Below are positions 39,269-48,526 of a stretch of DNA of 64,000 nucleotides, one piece after another. The DNA is from Steroidobacteraceae bacterium (GTDB lineage: Bacteria; Pseudomonadota; Gammaproteobacteria; Steroidobacterales; Steroidobacteraceae). The stretch spans positions 16,887-80,886 of the forward strand of contig DATAVN010000042.1 in NCBI GenBank assembly GCA_036267715.1, read 5' to 3'. A model generated the notes under the pieces. The model searched no databases, was not told where the DNA came from, and was given only the letters and a program-made list of their open reading frames with translations. Positions within the stretch are counted from its first letter, which is position 1, and each line of letters starts with the position of its first letter. The translations under genes were made by a program, and so were the position numbers.

Positions 39269-40310
39269 CTACGCCGACCAACAGCTCATCGCGCAACAGT
39301 TGATTGAATAACTCTGATCGTTCCTCCGGGAAAAACGCGTGAGCTCCGGGCAGCTCGACAGGAGGCTTCGCTCCAGGAATTGTCTCAGCCAGCCAGTACG
39401 CCCACTTCACCGGGAAGTACACATCATCGGTCGCCCAGACGATCAAGGTCAGTACTCGCAGCTGTCTCAGCCGGGTCTCGACGGCCATCGCATTGTGGTG
39501 ATCGAAAGCCGCCAGGAAGCGCTGCAAGTCGCGTGTACGCCGCTCGGTGCGCACCAGCGGTCTTAAGTAGATCTCGATGTCTTCATCAGACACATTTTCG
39601 GGTCGTTCGTAGGCGAGTCCGAGTGCGCTGGGCGATCGATAGATTGCTTTGTCGGCCAGTATCTCATTCAGCGTATCGCGCAAGCCGCCGGCGGCAACTC
39701 TATCCAGGAACGGCTCGAAAGCGACAGGCGGCCAGTTATCGTGAGCGTCGCAGTTGGTGAGGATCAAGCTCCGCACCCGCTCCGGGTGGAGTGCCGCAAA
39801 GATCTGTACAACACCGCCACCGCTGTGGTTGCCTATCAAGTCTACCTTTTCGATCTGCGAGGCATCGAGCATCTCTTTCAGCATGTTGGCGTTCGCCGTG
39901 CTGGAGACGTTTTGATTCGGCTCGATTTCCGTTTCTCCATGTGCCAGTAGATCGACGGCGATACAGCGACGAATATCGAAGAGCCCTGCCAATTGATGAC
40001 GCCAAAAGTGTTTGTTCAGGAGCATGCCGTGGACAAAGAGTGCTACGGCACCTGAGCCTGCTTCTGCATAGCTGATGCGGCCGGAGGGGGTCTCGATGCT
40101 GCGCACAGTCAAGGCGGCCTGCTGGCCGCTCATGGCCCAACTCTGTGAAGGCCCGGCGACACAGGCTTCATTCAACGCCTCGGCGCACGCGGAGGAACAG
40201 ACTTCGACGGATTTCCCGCCGACAGCGACGCAAATGAGGCTGCCACCCAGCGGACCATCACATGCGGCGCAAGTTCTGTCGCCCACGTTCGTTCTCCAAT
40301 GCGATGCCAT
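39252..40310 (-). CDS. alpha/beta hydrolase with an N-terminal TRASH-like C-x2-C-x20-C-x3-C zinc-ribbon extension
   Basis: Residues 14-42 read CAAC..(20 aa)..CSSAC. The hydrolase core (ALFVHGMLLNKHFWRHQ, GNHSGGG) is paralogous to 41716-42573. Confidence 0.7.
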   Translation of the reverse strand: MASHWRTNVGDRTCAACDGPLGGSLICVAVGGKSVEVCSSACAEALNEACVAGPSQSWAMSGQQAALTVRSIETPSGRISYAEAGSGAVALFVHGMLLNKHFWRHQLAGLFDIRRCIAVDLLAHGETEIEPNQNVSSTANANMLKEMLDASQIEKVDLIGNHSGGGVVQIFAALHPERVRSLILTNCDAHDNWPPVAFEPFLDRVAAGGLRDTLNEILADKAIYRSPSALGLAYERPENVSDEDIEIYLRPLVRTERRTRDLQRFLAAFDHHNAMAVETRLRQLRVLTLIVWATDDVYFPVKWAYWLAETIPGAKPPVELPGAHAFFPEERSELFNQLLRDELLVGVDADIR

Positions 40311-40348
40311 GCAAACAAATTCAAAGAAACAGGAAAGAGATCCACCGC

Positions 40349-40368
40349 CTCTACCAGGATCTTTAGCG
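40349..40368 (-). promoter_or_regulatory. island operator-like motif, copy 2: CGCTAAAGAT-CCT-GGTAGAG
   Basis: 39 nt upstream of the 40310 start, in the gene's orientation. Confidence 0.55.
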
Positions 40369-40393
40369 ACTTAGCGCCGACTGCTGGGACGAT

Positions 40394-41254
40394 TCATCGG
40401 ACGCACGCTGAGCGTTGAAACTCGAGCGGAGTCTGGCCGTACGCTTGTTTGAACGTGCTGCTGAAGTGGCTGTAGCTGGAAAACCCGAGGTCGAGCGCGA
40501 GAACGGTCAGATCGATATCGTAACCCAGCAGGTCCAGGGCTCGCGCCAGCCGCAATTGCAATTGGTAACGATAGAGCGGGAGGCCTTCGACCTGTTGGAA
40601 GACTTGGGTGAGGTATACAGGCGACACGCCAACCTCGATCGCGATCTCCGACAACGTCCAACGGCGCCCCAGATTGGAGGAGAGCACCAGTTTTGCACGA
40701 TCCACCAGTTTTTGGCGCCCGAGGGTGCTCGACGCAGCGTGGGAGGTGCGTTCGCCCAAGGCGCGACGCACCAGCGTGAGGGTAAGGGTCTCGGCCTCGA
40801 GCGTCTCGATCACTCCCTGATCCAAGCTGTGCCGCAGCAACGCCATGAGCGCCTGGGTGCGCGCATCAATCCGCAATCGGGATTGATTCAAGGTTGTGCG
40901 ACTCTCGCCGTGTAAATAGACGGCAGGTACCAACTCCTGTAGCGCCGCCGCACTGATCCGAACCGACAAGTTTGCGTCTCCGCCTGCAATGGGGTGGCTC
41001 ACTCGATACGACTCATTTTCATTGAAGAAGATGACCTGGTTCGGTTCCGCCACGGTTGCTTCGCGGCCCACATGGCGTACGTAAACACCTCGATAGGGGA
41101 ACACCAGATGGGTGTGCGCCGTGCACTCCTCGGCGCTCCTGTGTTTGCAGGTGCCGGAACACAGAACGTCCCACACCGCCAGTGTGTCGGTAATGAGGAA
41201 TGGGTGGACGTCTAGATCCGCCATGCTCGTAGGTTTCTCATCGACCATTGCCAT
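40394..41254 (-). CDS. AraC family transcriptional regulator
   Basis: C-terminal double HTH (WTLSEIAIEVGVSPVYLTQVFQ..GFSSYSHFSSTFKQAYGQTP) with a cupin-like N-terminal half. Confidence 0.88.
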   Translation of the reverse strand: MAMVDEKPTSMADLDVHPFLITDTLAVWDVLCSGTCKHRSAEECTAHTHLVFPYRGVYVRHVGREATVAEPNQVIFFNENESYRVSHPIAGGDANLSVRISAAALQELVPAVYLHGESRTTLNQSRLRIDARTQALMALLRHSLDQGVIETLEAETLTLTLVRRALGERTSHAASSTLGRQKLVDRAKLVLSSNLGRRWTLSEIAIEVGVSPVYLTQVFQQVEGLPLYRYQLQLRLARALDLLGYDIDLTVLALDLGFSSYSHFSSTFKQAYGQTPLEFQRSACVR

Positions 41255-41503
41255 TCCTCTCGCCTCATCTGCGATGAGGGCCCGTGGTATGTCGAGCGAG
41301 CCGTGAGGTAGGGCCGCGACGAGTCGGCAGCGATACCCGACGGCCGCGTCACTGGAAGCAATGTTCTGGTCAAGTCTGGCGCGAATTCCCTACACCCATT
41401 TGCGCCGAGGCAATCGCGTGCAGCGCCTGCCATGCCTTTGCAGTTCGCCGCGCTAGACCCAAAGCCCTCAGAGCAAGCACAAAGCGCCATGTTGCACACA
41501 TAT

Positions 41504-41517
41504 ATCTATCGATAGAT
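41504..41517. promoter_or_regulatory. perfect 14-bp palindrome ATCTATCGATAGAT
   Basis: Self-complementary. It lies in the 460-bp spacer between hydrolase 2 and the AraC gene and shares the ATCTATCG core with the 20121/20131 repeats. Confidence 0.3.
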
Positions 41518-41715
41518 AGATTTCAATCGTAGCCGAAACTGCGCACGAGATCGAGGCTTGTTTTCCTCAGTTCGCCAAGACCTTGATTTTCCATCCAATA
41601 GAAGGCGACGGGCGGCAGCCCTCTCGGGTGCCCCGTCGCATCCTCCTGTCCAGCGGCCCTCAGTCCGGCGTACCGATACTCTTCTAGGTGGCCAGCGAGA
41701 TCCGCGGCGGCGGCA

Positions 41716-42573
41716 TCAGCTCCAGAACGCGCGCAATTCTTTGTTGAATTGCTCTGATCGTTCTTCTGGGAAGAAGATGCGCGCTCCATTGAGCACCACG
41801 CGTCGGGTCGGGCCCGGAAGCGTCTTCTCCAGCCACTCCGACCATTTGACGTCGAAATACACGTCGTCGTCGCCCCAGACGATCAATGCCGGTACCCTGA
41901 GCGCGCGCAATTGCGGCTCGATTAACACCGTATGCTCATTGTCGAAGGCCTCAACAAAACGCTCAAGGTCCCGAATTCGTTGTGGAGTGCGAACGTGTGG
42001 TCGCAGATACGCATCGATCGTCGCATCGGTTACCTCTCTCGGTCTTTCGTACGCCGGTCCAAGAGCTTGCGGCGAGCGATAGACGTTTTTGTCCTGAAGC
42101 ATGGCGGACAGGGTACCTGCTAACCCGCCGTCGAGAACCATCTGGACAAACGGCTTGAATGCGTCGGGGGGCCAGTTATCGTGCGTGTCACAGTTGGTCA
42201 GAGTGATCGAGCGCACACGCTCCGGGAAAACGGCCGCGAAGATCTGACAGGCTCCGCCACCGCTGTCGTTCCCGACCAGATCGACCTGATCGATCTTCAA
42301 GGCATCGAGGAATTCACCGAGCATGCGTGCGTTCGCCGTCATGGACACTTCTTGGTCAGGGGCAATCTCGGTACGCCCATGCGCCATTAGATCCGCCGCA
42401 ATGCATCTGCGCGTATCTGAAAGACCTTCCAACTGGTGCCGCCAGAAATACCCGTTCAGCACTACCCCATGGACAAACAGAGCCACAGGTCCGCTACCGC
42501 GCTCTACATAGCCAATGCGAGCTGACGGCGTTTCAACACTGCGAGCGTCTTTAAAGAAATCGCCAGGGCTCAT
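41716..42573 (-). CDS. alpha/beta hydrolase (paralogue of 39252-40310, no zinc-ribbon extension)
   Basis: ALFVHGVVLNGYFWRHQLEGL..GNDSGGG..; roughly 55-60% identity to the other copy by eye. Confidence 0.85.
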   Translation of the reverse strand: MSPGDFFKDARSVETPSARIGYVERGSGPVALFVHGVVLNGYFWRHQLEGLSDTRRCIAADLMAHGRTEIAPDQEVSMTANARMLGEFLDALKIDQVDLVGNDSGGGACQIFAAVFPERVRSITLTNCDTHDNWPPDAFKPFVQMVLDGGLAGTLSAMLQDKNVYRSPQALGPAYERPREVTDATIDAYLRPHVRTPQRIRDLERFVEAFDNEHTVLIEPQLRALRVPALIVWGDDDVYFDVKWSEWLEKTLPGPTRRVVLNGARIFFPEERSEQFNKELRAFWS

Positions 42574-42640
42574 AACAAATTTCCTTTCGGTGGGTGACCG
42601 TTATTTACCCTCAACATTAAATCGGTCCGCGGATCTACGG

Positions 42641-42660
42641 CGCTACCGGAATCTTTAGCG
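42641..42660 (-). promoter_or_regulatory. island operator-like motif, copy 3: CGCTA-AAGATTCCGG-TAGCG
   Basis: 68 nt upstream of the 42573 start. Perfect 5-bp inverted arms. Confidence 0.55.
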
Positions 42661-42941
42661 CCGTGAACCTGCATCCGGGGCAAAGTTGCAACCCCGAAAA
42701 TATGAACATGCTGGGACGGATATTTGAGTGGCCGTTCGGCGACATTGGGCGGCGTTAAATCGCTCATGGCCCGGGGGGCGCCCGCACCGGTTTCGCTACC
42801 TTCAAGAGCGACAGAATCGCAGTCGTCCACATCTTGACCGGAGTCTTATCCCCTTCCGCTCCCCGTGATTGATAGCCGAAGCCTCTTTGCTGTGCGACAG
42901 ACGGCGCAGGCCGCCTTCGGAGCAGCCGATATCGGGTAATA

Positions 42942-42961
42942 GCTAAAGATTGCGATAGCGG
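42942..42961 (+). promoter_or_regulatory. island operator-like motif, copy 4: GCTAAAGAT-TGC-GATAGCGG
   Basis: Lies in the 664-bp divergent spacer and is oriented towards the SDR gene at 43238. Confidence 0.5.
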
Positions 42962-43237
42962 GAGGGGGGCGCCGAACGCCTACTATTGACTCGACCAACT
43001 CGGGAGCATCTGCTTGACGTGCCCATCCTTGGTCGAGACATCATTTCATCAATTGTCGGAAAGTGAAATCCGAATTCGCAGGATTATCCGCATAGCCATC
43101 TAACTCGCATCTTTTTAAGTCTACGGCGGGAACCGAGACGACACTCGTCTTTCTGAGATGGGCGATTAATTCGACTCGTTATTTGTTGTTAACGAATTCG
43201 CGGTTCGGATCCCGTGACATACTTTGGAGGCTGATCA

Positions 43238-43984
43238 ATGAAACTAAAAGACAAGGTTACGTTTATCACTGGTGGTACATCTGGAATCGGTCTCGAATCT
43301 GCCAAGCTCTTTCTAAGCGAAGGCGCGAAGGTTGTGATTGTTGGGTCCAATAAACAGCGTCTGGAGGCGGCGGGAAAAGAACTGAGCGGAGAGACACTAC
43401 TCGTTCAAGCGGATGTACGTAAGGTGACCGACATTGAACGGGCTGTGGAACAATCTCGCTCGAAATTCGGTCGTATCGATATCGTTTTTGCTAACGCGGG
43501 TGCAAGCACGATCGCACCGTTGGAAGCGATCACGCCGCAGTACATCGAAGACAACGTGGCGTTGAATTTCAGCGGTACCTTCTTCACGATCCAAAAAACC
43601 GCGCCGTTGATTCCGAAGGGGGGCAGCATCATTGTGACGACGTCATTCCTCGACGTCATCGGCAAACCCGGACTGTCAATCCTCGCCGCGACCAAGGCCG
43701 CAGCTCGCTCATTGGTGCGCACTCTCGGCGCAGAGTTGGCCTCGCGCGGTATTCGAGTGAATGCGGTGAGCCCTGGGGCGATCTCAACGCCGTTCTACAG
43801 TAAGATTGGGCTGAGCGAGGCGCAACTTTCAGCAGTCGCTGGCGATCTGCAATCAAAGATCGCGTTGAAACGCTTTGGCGATGCCACCGAGATCGCAAAG
43901 GCTGTGCTGTTTCTCGCAAGCGAGGATTCCTCATACATAACAGGTATCGAACTGAGCGTCGATGGAGGCCTGACTCAATTCTAG
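43238..43984 (+). CDS. SDR family oxidoreductase
   Basis: TGGTSGIGLESAKLF, NAG motif, and GGAGG RBS upstream. Confidence 0.88.
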   Translation: MKLKDKVTFITGGTSGIGLESAKLFLSEGAKVVIVGSNKQRLEAAGKELSGETLLVQADVRKVTDIERAVEQSRSKFGRIDIVFANAGASTIAPLEAITPQYIEDNVALNFSGTFFTIQKTAPLIPKGGSIIVTTSFLDVIGKPGLSILAATKAAARSLVRTLGAELASRGIRVNAVSPGAISTPFYSKIGLSEAQLSAVAGDLQSKIALKRFGDATEIAKAVLFLASEDSSYITGIELSVDGGLTQF

Positions 43985-44700
43985 TGATGCAAAGACATCG
44001 TTCCGTTGGGTCAGTCCGAACGACCAACTCCCAAAAGCGGGACTCGAGAGCCTTTCGAATCGGCTCGACCAAGCTTATCGGGCGATTCTGGCTCACCACC
44101 AGCGTTGTGATTCGGTCATCCATGCTGCGTTTAACAGCATCGAGATCGGACTGATTCATGAACCAGTGGAACCGCCGAATCAGCCGCTCCTGAATGACTT
44201 CGGGTCCACTTCCTCGCAGAAAAGCGCCTAACGCACTACTCACCTCTAATTTTCCAGCAAGATAGCGCGCGATGCGGCTTGCCATTTCGCGATCGGTCCG
44301 CGCGATGCGCCATGCCTCAATGCCGGCGATTCCGCCAAAGTCCGAATCCATCTCCAGCGCGGCTGGGCTCGACGTGAGATAATGTAAGTCCACGCAGCGA
44401 TAAGGCTCATCGCATGCGACTTTCCAGAAAGCCTCCAGTGCCTGCTTTTTGTGTTCCAAGAGAGATAGGCTGACTCGTGTTTCGGATCTGTGCCGCGATG
44501 GCGCCGCCATCGTTGCGGACGACGTCGAAGTCTTCGGCGCCTTCGAGATAGATCGCCGCATTGTCATCGGTTAGGCGCAGCCAAGCGTCAATCGACCACC
44601 AAGCTTGATACACCGTGCCGCGAATGAGGGCACGGCCTGCCGACGTGGATCGCCTGCCAAGGGGGGAGGTTGATTTGCCCCCGTCACGGGGTCGATCACT
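43985..44700 (-). pseudogene. remnant of a DUF4297/Cap4-like nuclease-domain gene (frameshifted, with both ends missing)
   Basis: ..GRALIRGTVYQAWWSIDAWLRL..IYLEGAEDFDVV..AQIRN.. resembles the DUF4297 N-terminal pattern. The frame breaks at the T5 run at 44446-44450. There is no credible start, and the 3' part runs into the SDR gene. Confidence 0.4.
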
Positions 44701-45075
44701 GCCTTCGCAGCTATTGAGCCATCGACCAAACCCTTGTCTTCCGAATCCGGCATTTCGAGATTCTAGGCCGATCAAGGGCGGAGGACTAAATCTGGGTCCC
44801 AATCCGCTGAAGAGTAACCGGCTACATTCGAAGCGCACCGCCGCTGCGAGTATGAGCGGCGCGAACTTGGTAAGCTGCCACACTCTGCAATGGCGGCTGG
44901 AGCATTCATTGCGCGAAAGGAATTCGGTATGAGCCGCTTCGATGAGGTCGGAGAAAACAAGTGCGAGTCCAACCGGCGCAGTTCCCGCGCGGAGAGGACG
45001 GATCGCTATTTAGCCGAATCCGACATCTCCATCGATGCGCACGTGCGCCATTCCCAGTTGGCGCTCGCCCAGGCG

Positions 45076-45746
45076 ATGCTGGGGCGCGTCAAAATCTATC
45101 TCGACACCAACTATTGGGTTAATTTGCGCAAGGCCGATACGGCTTCGAGTCCCAACAGACTGGCGAGCTGCTGGCGCTGCTGCGACAGTTGGTTACGTCC
45201 GGTCGCGCGATCTGCCCCTTAAGCGAAAGCAGCTTCATCGAGCTTCTACGCCAGACCGACCCCGAATCGCGCCGCGCGACGGCAGTAATCATGGAAACGT
45301 TGAGCCTCGGTGTCGCCTTGATCGAACCGCGCATGCGGATGGGAACTGAAGTCAGCTACTTCTTCCACGACAAGAGTGGCCAGTGCGAGCTCTACCCGCT
45401 GGAAGACCTCGTCTGGTGCAAGGCGGCCCTTGTCCTTGGCTTCACGCATCCCACCGCTGATCTGGGCAATGATCAGCTAATGCTGGCGATTCAGAAGGGC
45501 TGCTTCGACGAACTTTGGCACATGTCATTGATCGAGCTTATCGACCGGGTAGGCGATGCAGGCCCGCCTGAAGGTCGGGCATTCACAGCCATGGCCGAGC
45601 AGCTCAATGCCAGCAACGCCATCTATGCACACGAGATCAAGAGCTTCCAGCAGGCGTACCGCGCTGAAGCCTTTGGCGTCGCTCAAGCGCGGGCCTGGGC
45701 TATTGCGATTATCTCTTCACTGAAAAGGCGCTGGCAGACCAAGTAA
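45076..45746 (+). pseudogene. PIN-like (DUF4935-type) domain gene split by a frameshift near 45128
   Basis: ..GRVKIYLDTNYWVNLR in one frame continues as ..GELLALLRQLVTSGRAICPLSESSFIELLRQ.. in the next frame. Confidence 0.4.
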
Positions 45747-46184
45747 CCCAGAAGCACCTGCAGCTCGACCAGCGCTATGGCTGCACGGTGTGCGGAACCC
45801 ACGCAAAAGCGGTCGCGGCTGCGCAGCAGCTAGCGGCGACACGATGAAGGCTCCGATTGTGGCGACAACTGGAGCCTGAAGCTTCGCTCGATCGTGTCGT
45901 AAAACAGCATTCGCCACGCCGCGTCAGCGATGCCGTCTGACGCAAAACGACGTCCACGCTGTGCCTATTGTCGAGTCCAGATCGTCATCCAGGGAAGTGA
46001 TGGCGTTTCTTGACGATTCACACTTGGGGCGTAGCATCGGATGCGGGATAGGTCTTTGGTGCCCATCAATGAACTCAGCTACTGGCAGAATCTACTGGGA
46101 CAAATGGGGAAGGAGGGGGCTTCGAGGGGATTAGGGGCCTAGGAAAAACAATAAGTTATTGATTCTTGGAGGTCGAACGTGATC

Positions 46185-46205
46185 GTTCGAACCCCACCCT
46201 CTCCG
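46185..46205. repeat. attR core: gttcgaaccccaccctctccg
   Basis: 20/21 match to the tRNA-Ser 3' end. Confidence 0.8.
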
Positions 46206-46459
46206 GGGGGGATTCTGGGGGACGAATCACGATCAATCTCGCGCGATTTGTCACTGCATTTAGCGAAGAACTTGCAGCACGAGAATTGAGAATTGCAGCG
46301 CCCGCAACGGGTCTTTTTTCCAGCGCTCGCTTGAACTGCCTGCCATAAAGCAGCCACCCACGACTTAGGGTAGGCTACTGGGACGATAACGACGAGCCCG
46401 TCAATGGCCGACCGCGCCGAACAACAATATTCCCGAGACCCAAGCGTGACGAAAGCACC

Positions 46460-48526
46460 GTGACCGACCCGGGCAGGGAGGTGTTTCTGAGCTACGCCTC
46501 GCAGGATGCGGAGGCGGCCCTGAAGATTTGCGAGGCCCTGCGTGCGGGCGGGGTCGAGGTATTTCTCGATCAGAGCGAGCTGCGGGGCGGGGACGCCTGG
46601 GACCAGTCGATCCGCAAGCACATCAAGACCTGCGCGCTTTTCATCCCAATCATCTCCCAGAACACTCACGCGCGGGCTGAGGGGTATTTCCGTCTCGAGT
46701 GGAAGCTCGCGGTCGATCGCTCGCATCTGATTTCGGCCGACCAAGCTTTCCTGTTGCCGGTCGTGATCGACGAGACGCGTGACGATGATGAACGCGTGCC
46801 GGAGCGGTTCCGGGAAGTGCAGTGGACGCAGCTACCCGGCGGGGCGACGCCGGGGGAGTTCGTCGCGCGAGTCCTGCGGCTGCTGACTCCGGAGTCCAAA
46901 CCTGCGCCGGCAGTCCCGCGGCGGCCGGCCGCGCCAGCGTCCGTCTTTCCACCAGCCTCCCCTGCAACGCCAGCGGTCTTGCGGCGCCCGACGGCGGCGC
47001 TGCTCGCGATCTTGGCGGGCGTCGTAGCCCTGGCGCTTGCTTACTTCATCATCGATAAGTTCTGGATCTCGAAGCGTGTGCCGGTCAGTGCCGAGAACGG
47101 CACTCTGGCCCCTGCCGCTCCATCTGGCCCAGCACCGGCGGCTTTCGCCCCGCCGCCGCATTCGATCGCGGTGCTCCCCTTCCTCAACATGAGCGGGAAC
47201 AAGGACCAGGAGTATTTCTCCGACGGGCTGACGGAGGAACTGCTCAATTCTCTCGCTCGCATCAATGAGCTGCAGGTCGCGGCGCGTACATCTGCTTTCA
47301 TGTTCAAAGGCAAGGATACCGACATCGGCACGATCGCCCGCAAGCTCAACGTCGCGGCGGTGCTCGAAGGAAGCGTGCGCCGCTCAGGTCATACCGTGCG
47401 CATCACCGCGCAGCTGATCAACGCGGTCACCGGCTTTCACTTATGGTCCGACACGTACGACCGTGACCTCGGCGATGTGCTGAAGCTGCAGACCGAGATT
47501 GCCACCGAGGTCGCGAGCGCCCTCAAGGTGACCCTGCTTGGGGACGTCGTTGCCAGGATCGAACTCGGCGGTACGCATAACCCGGCCGCACTCGATGCGT
47601 ATCTTCGTGGCAGGAAGGCGGTCACCGTCGCCCATACTGCAAGTGCAATGGAGGCGGCCATCGCCGCGTACACCGAAGCGATTCGATTCGATCCTCACTA
47701 CGCGCTGGCACTCGCCAACCGCTCGATTACGTTCAATTCCTATGCGAGTGAGTTCGCGAACGGAGCCGCCATTCGTGAGTGCTACGAGAAGGCGCAGGCC
47801 GACGCACGCCGGACCATCGAGCTCGCGCCGGATCTGGCCGAGGGCCACCTGGCGTTTGCGGGGTTCCTGATGTCCGGAGCGCTCGACTTTGCACGGGCGG
47901 GGCAAGAGGCTGAACGAGCGCTGGCACTCGCGCCGGGCAATGCACAGGTTCAGGGAGGTTACGCTGAGTACGGCTACCGCATGGGGCGGTTCGATGCGGC
48001 AATCACGGCGGCCCGCCGCGCGGTAGTCCTGGATCCGCTGAACCCGAGCACGCACTCCGGGCTCGCCCTGGTCCTCCTGTACGCCCGTCACTTCGACCAG
48101 GCTGTTGCTGCTTACACCGAATCGCTGAGCCTCAGTCAGGACCGTCTCGATGCGTACGCAGATCGCGGGCTCGCCTACTACGCGCTCGGCGACTTCCAGA
48201 ACGCCCGCTCTTCGTGCGAGCTCAAACCGGATTACTGGCAGAGTCAGCTGTGCCTGGCTATCACTTACGACAAGCTCGGCCGCCATGCCGATGCGGAAGG
48301 TGTATTGGCGAAGTTAAGAGCCTCGCAAGGCGACGATGTGGCCTATCAGTACGCGGAGATTTACGCTCAATGGGGGGAGACGGCCAAAGCGCTGCAGTGG
48401 CTCGATACCACCGTGCGACTACATGATCCTGGCCTGTCATCCATCAAGGTCGATCCACTCATGGACCCCTTGCGCAAAGAGCCACGCTTCCAGGCGATCG
48501 AGCGGGAGTTGAAGTTTCCGACTTAA
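46460..48526 (+). CDS. TIR domain - TM - TolB-N-like domain - TPR repeat protein
   Basis: N-terminus VFLSYASQDAEAALKICEALRAGGVEVFLD..ALFIPIISQN..GYFRLEW (TIR_2 pattern). One TM segment, then SIAVLPFLNMSGNKDQEYFSDGLTEEL, then C-terminal TPRs. Confidence 0.8.
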   Translation: MTDPGREVFLSYASQDAEAALKICEALRAGGVEVFLDQSELRGGDAWDQSIRKHIKTCALFIPIISQNTHARAEGYFRLEWKLAVDRSHLISADQAFLLPVVIDETRDDDERVPERFREVQWTQLPGGATPGEFVARVLRLLTPESKPAPAVPRRPAAPASVFPPASPATPAVLRRPTAALLAILAGVVALALAYFIIDKFWISKRVPVSAENGTLAPAAPSGPAPAAFAPPPHSIAVLPFLNMSGNKDQEYFSDGLTEELLNSLARINELQVAARTSAFMFKGKDTDIGTIARKLNVAAVLEGSVRRSGHTVRITAQLINAVTGFHLWSDTYDRDLGDVLKLQTEIATEVASALKVTLLGDVVARIELGGTHNPAALDAYLRGRKAVTVAHTASAMEAAIAAYTEAIRFDPHYALALANRSITFNSYASEFANGAAIRECYEKAQADARRTIELAPDLAEGHLAFAGFLMSGALDFARAGQEAERALALAPGNAQVQGGYAEYGYRMGRFDAAITAARRAVVLDPLNPSTHSGLALVLLYARHFDQAVAAYTESLSLSQDRLDAYADRGLAYYALGDFQNARSSCELKPDYWQSQLCLAITYDKLGRHADAEGVLAKLRASQGDDVAYQYAEIYAQWGETAKALQWLDTTVRLHDPGLSSIKVDPLMDPLRKEPRFQAIERELKFPT

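Larger units (their letters stand above)
31565..46205. mobile_element. ~14.6 kb integrated genomic island at tRNA-Ser(CGA)
   Basis: A 21-bp att duplication (31565-31585 and 46185-46205, 20/21 identical). Tyrosine integrase and excisionase genes abut the tRNA. The cargo has lower GC and several decayed genes. Confidence 0.8.

Noticed and set aside
41212-41499. Cys-rich 95-aa minus-strand ORF upstream of and overlapping the AraC start
   Set aside because: It overlaps the regulator's start in a different frame, matches no family, and the region is more plausibly the AraC promoter.
42570-42830. 86-aa ORF upstream of hydrolase 2, with its stop overlapping the hydrolase start
   Set aside because: No recognisable family. 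It contains operator-motif copy 3, which aligns with the non-coding upstream region of the paralogous hydrolase, so the stretch is more likely a promoter/operator region.
46139-46744. 201-aa minus-strand ORF covering attR and the start of the TIR gene
   Set aside because: Half of it is antisense to the well-supported TIR N-terminus and the rest crosses the att core. No domain was recognised.
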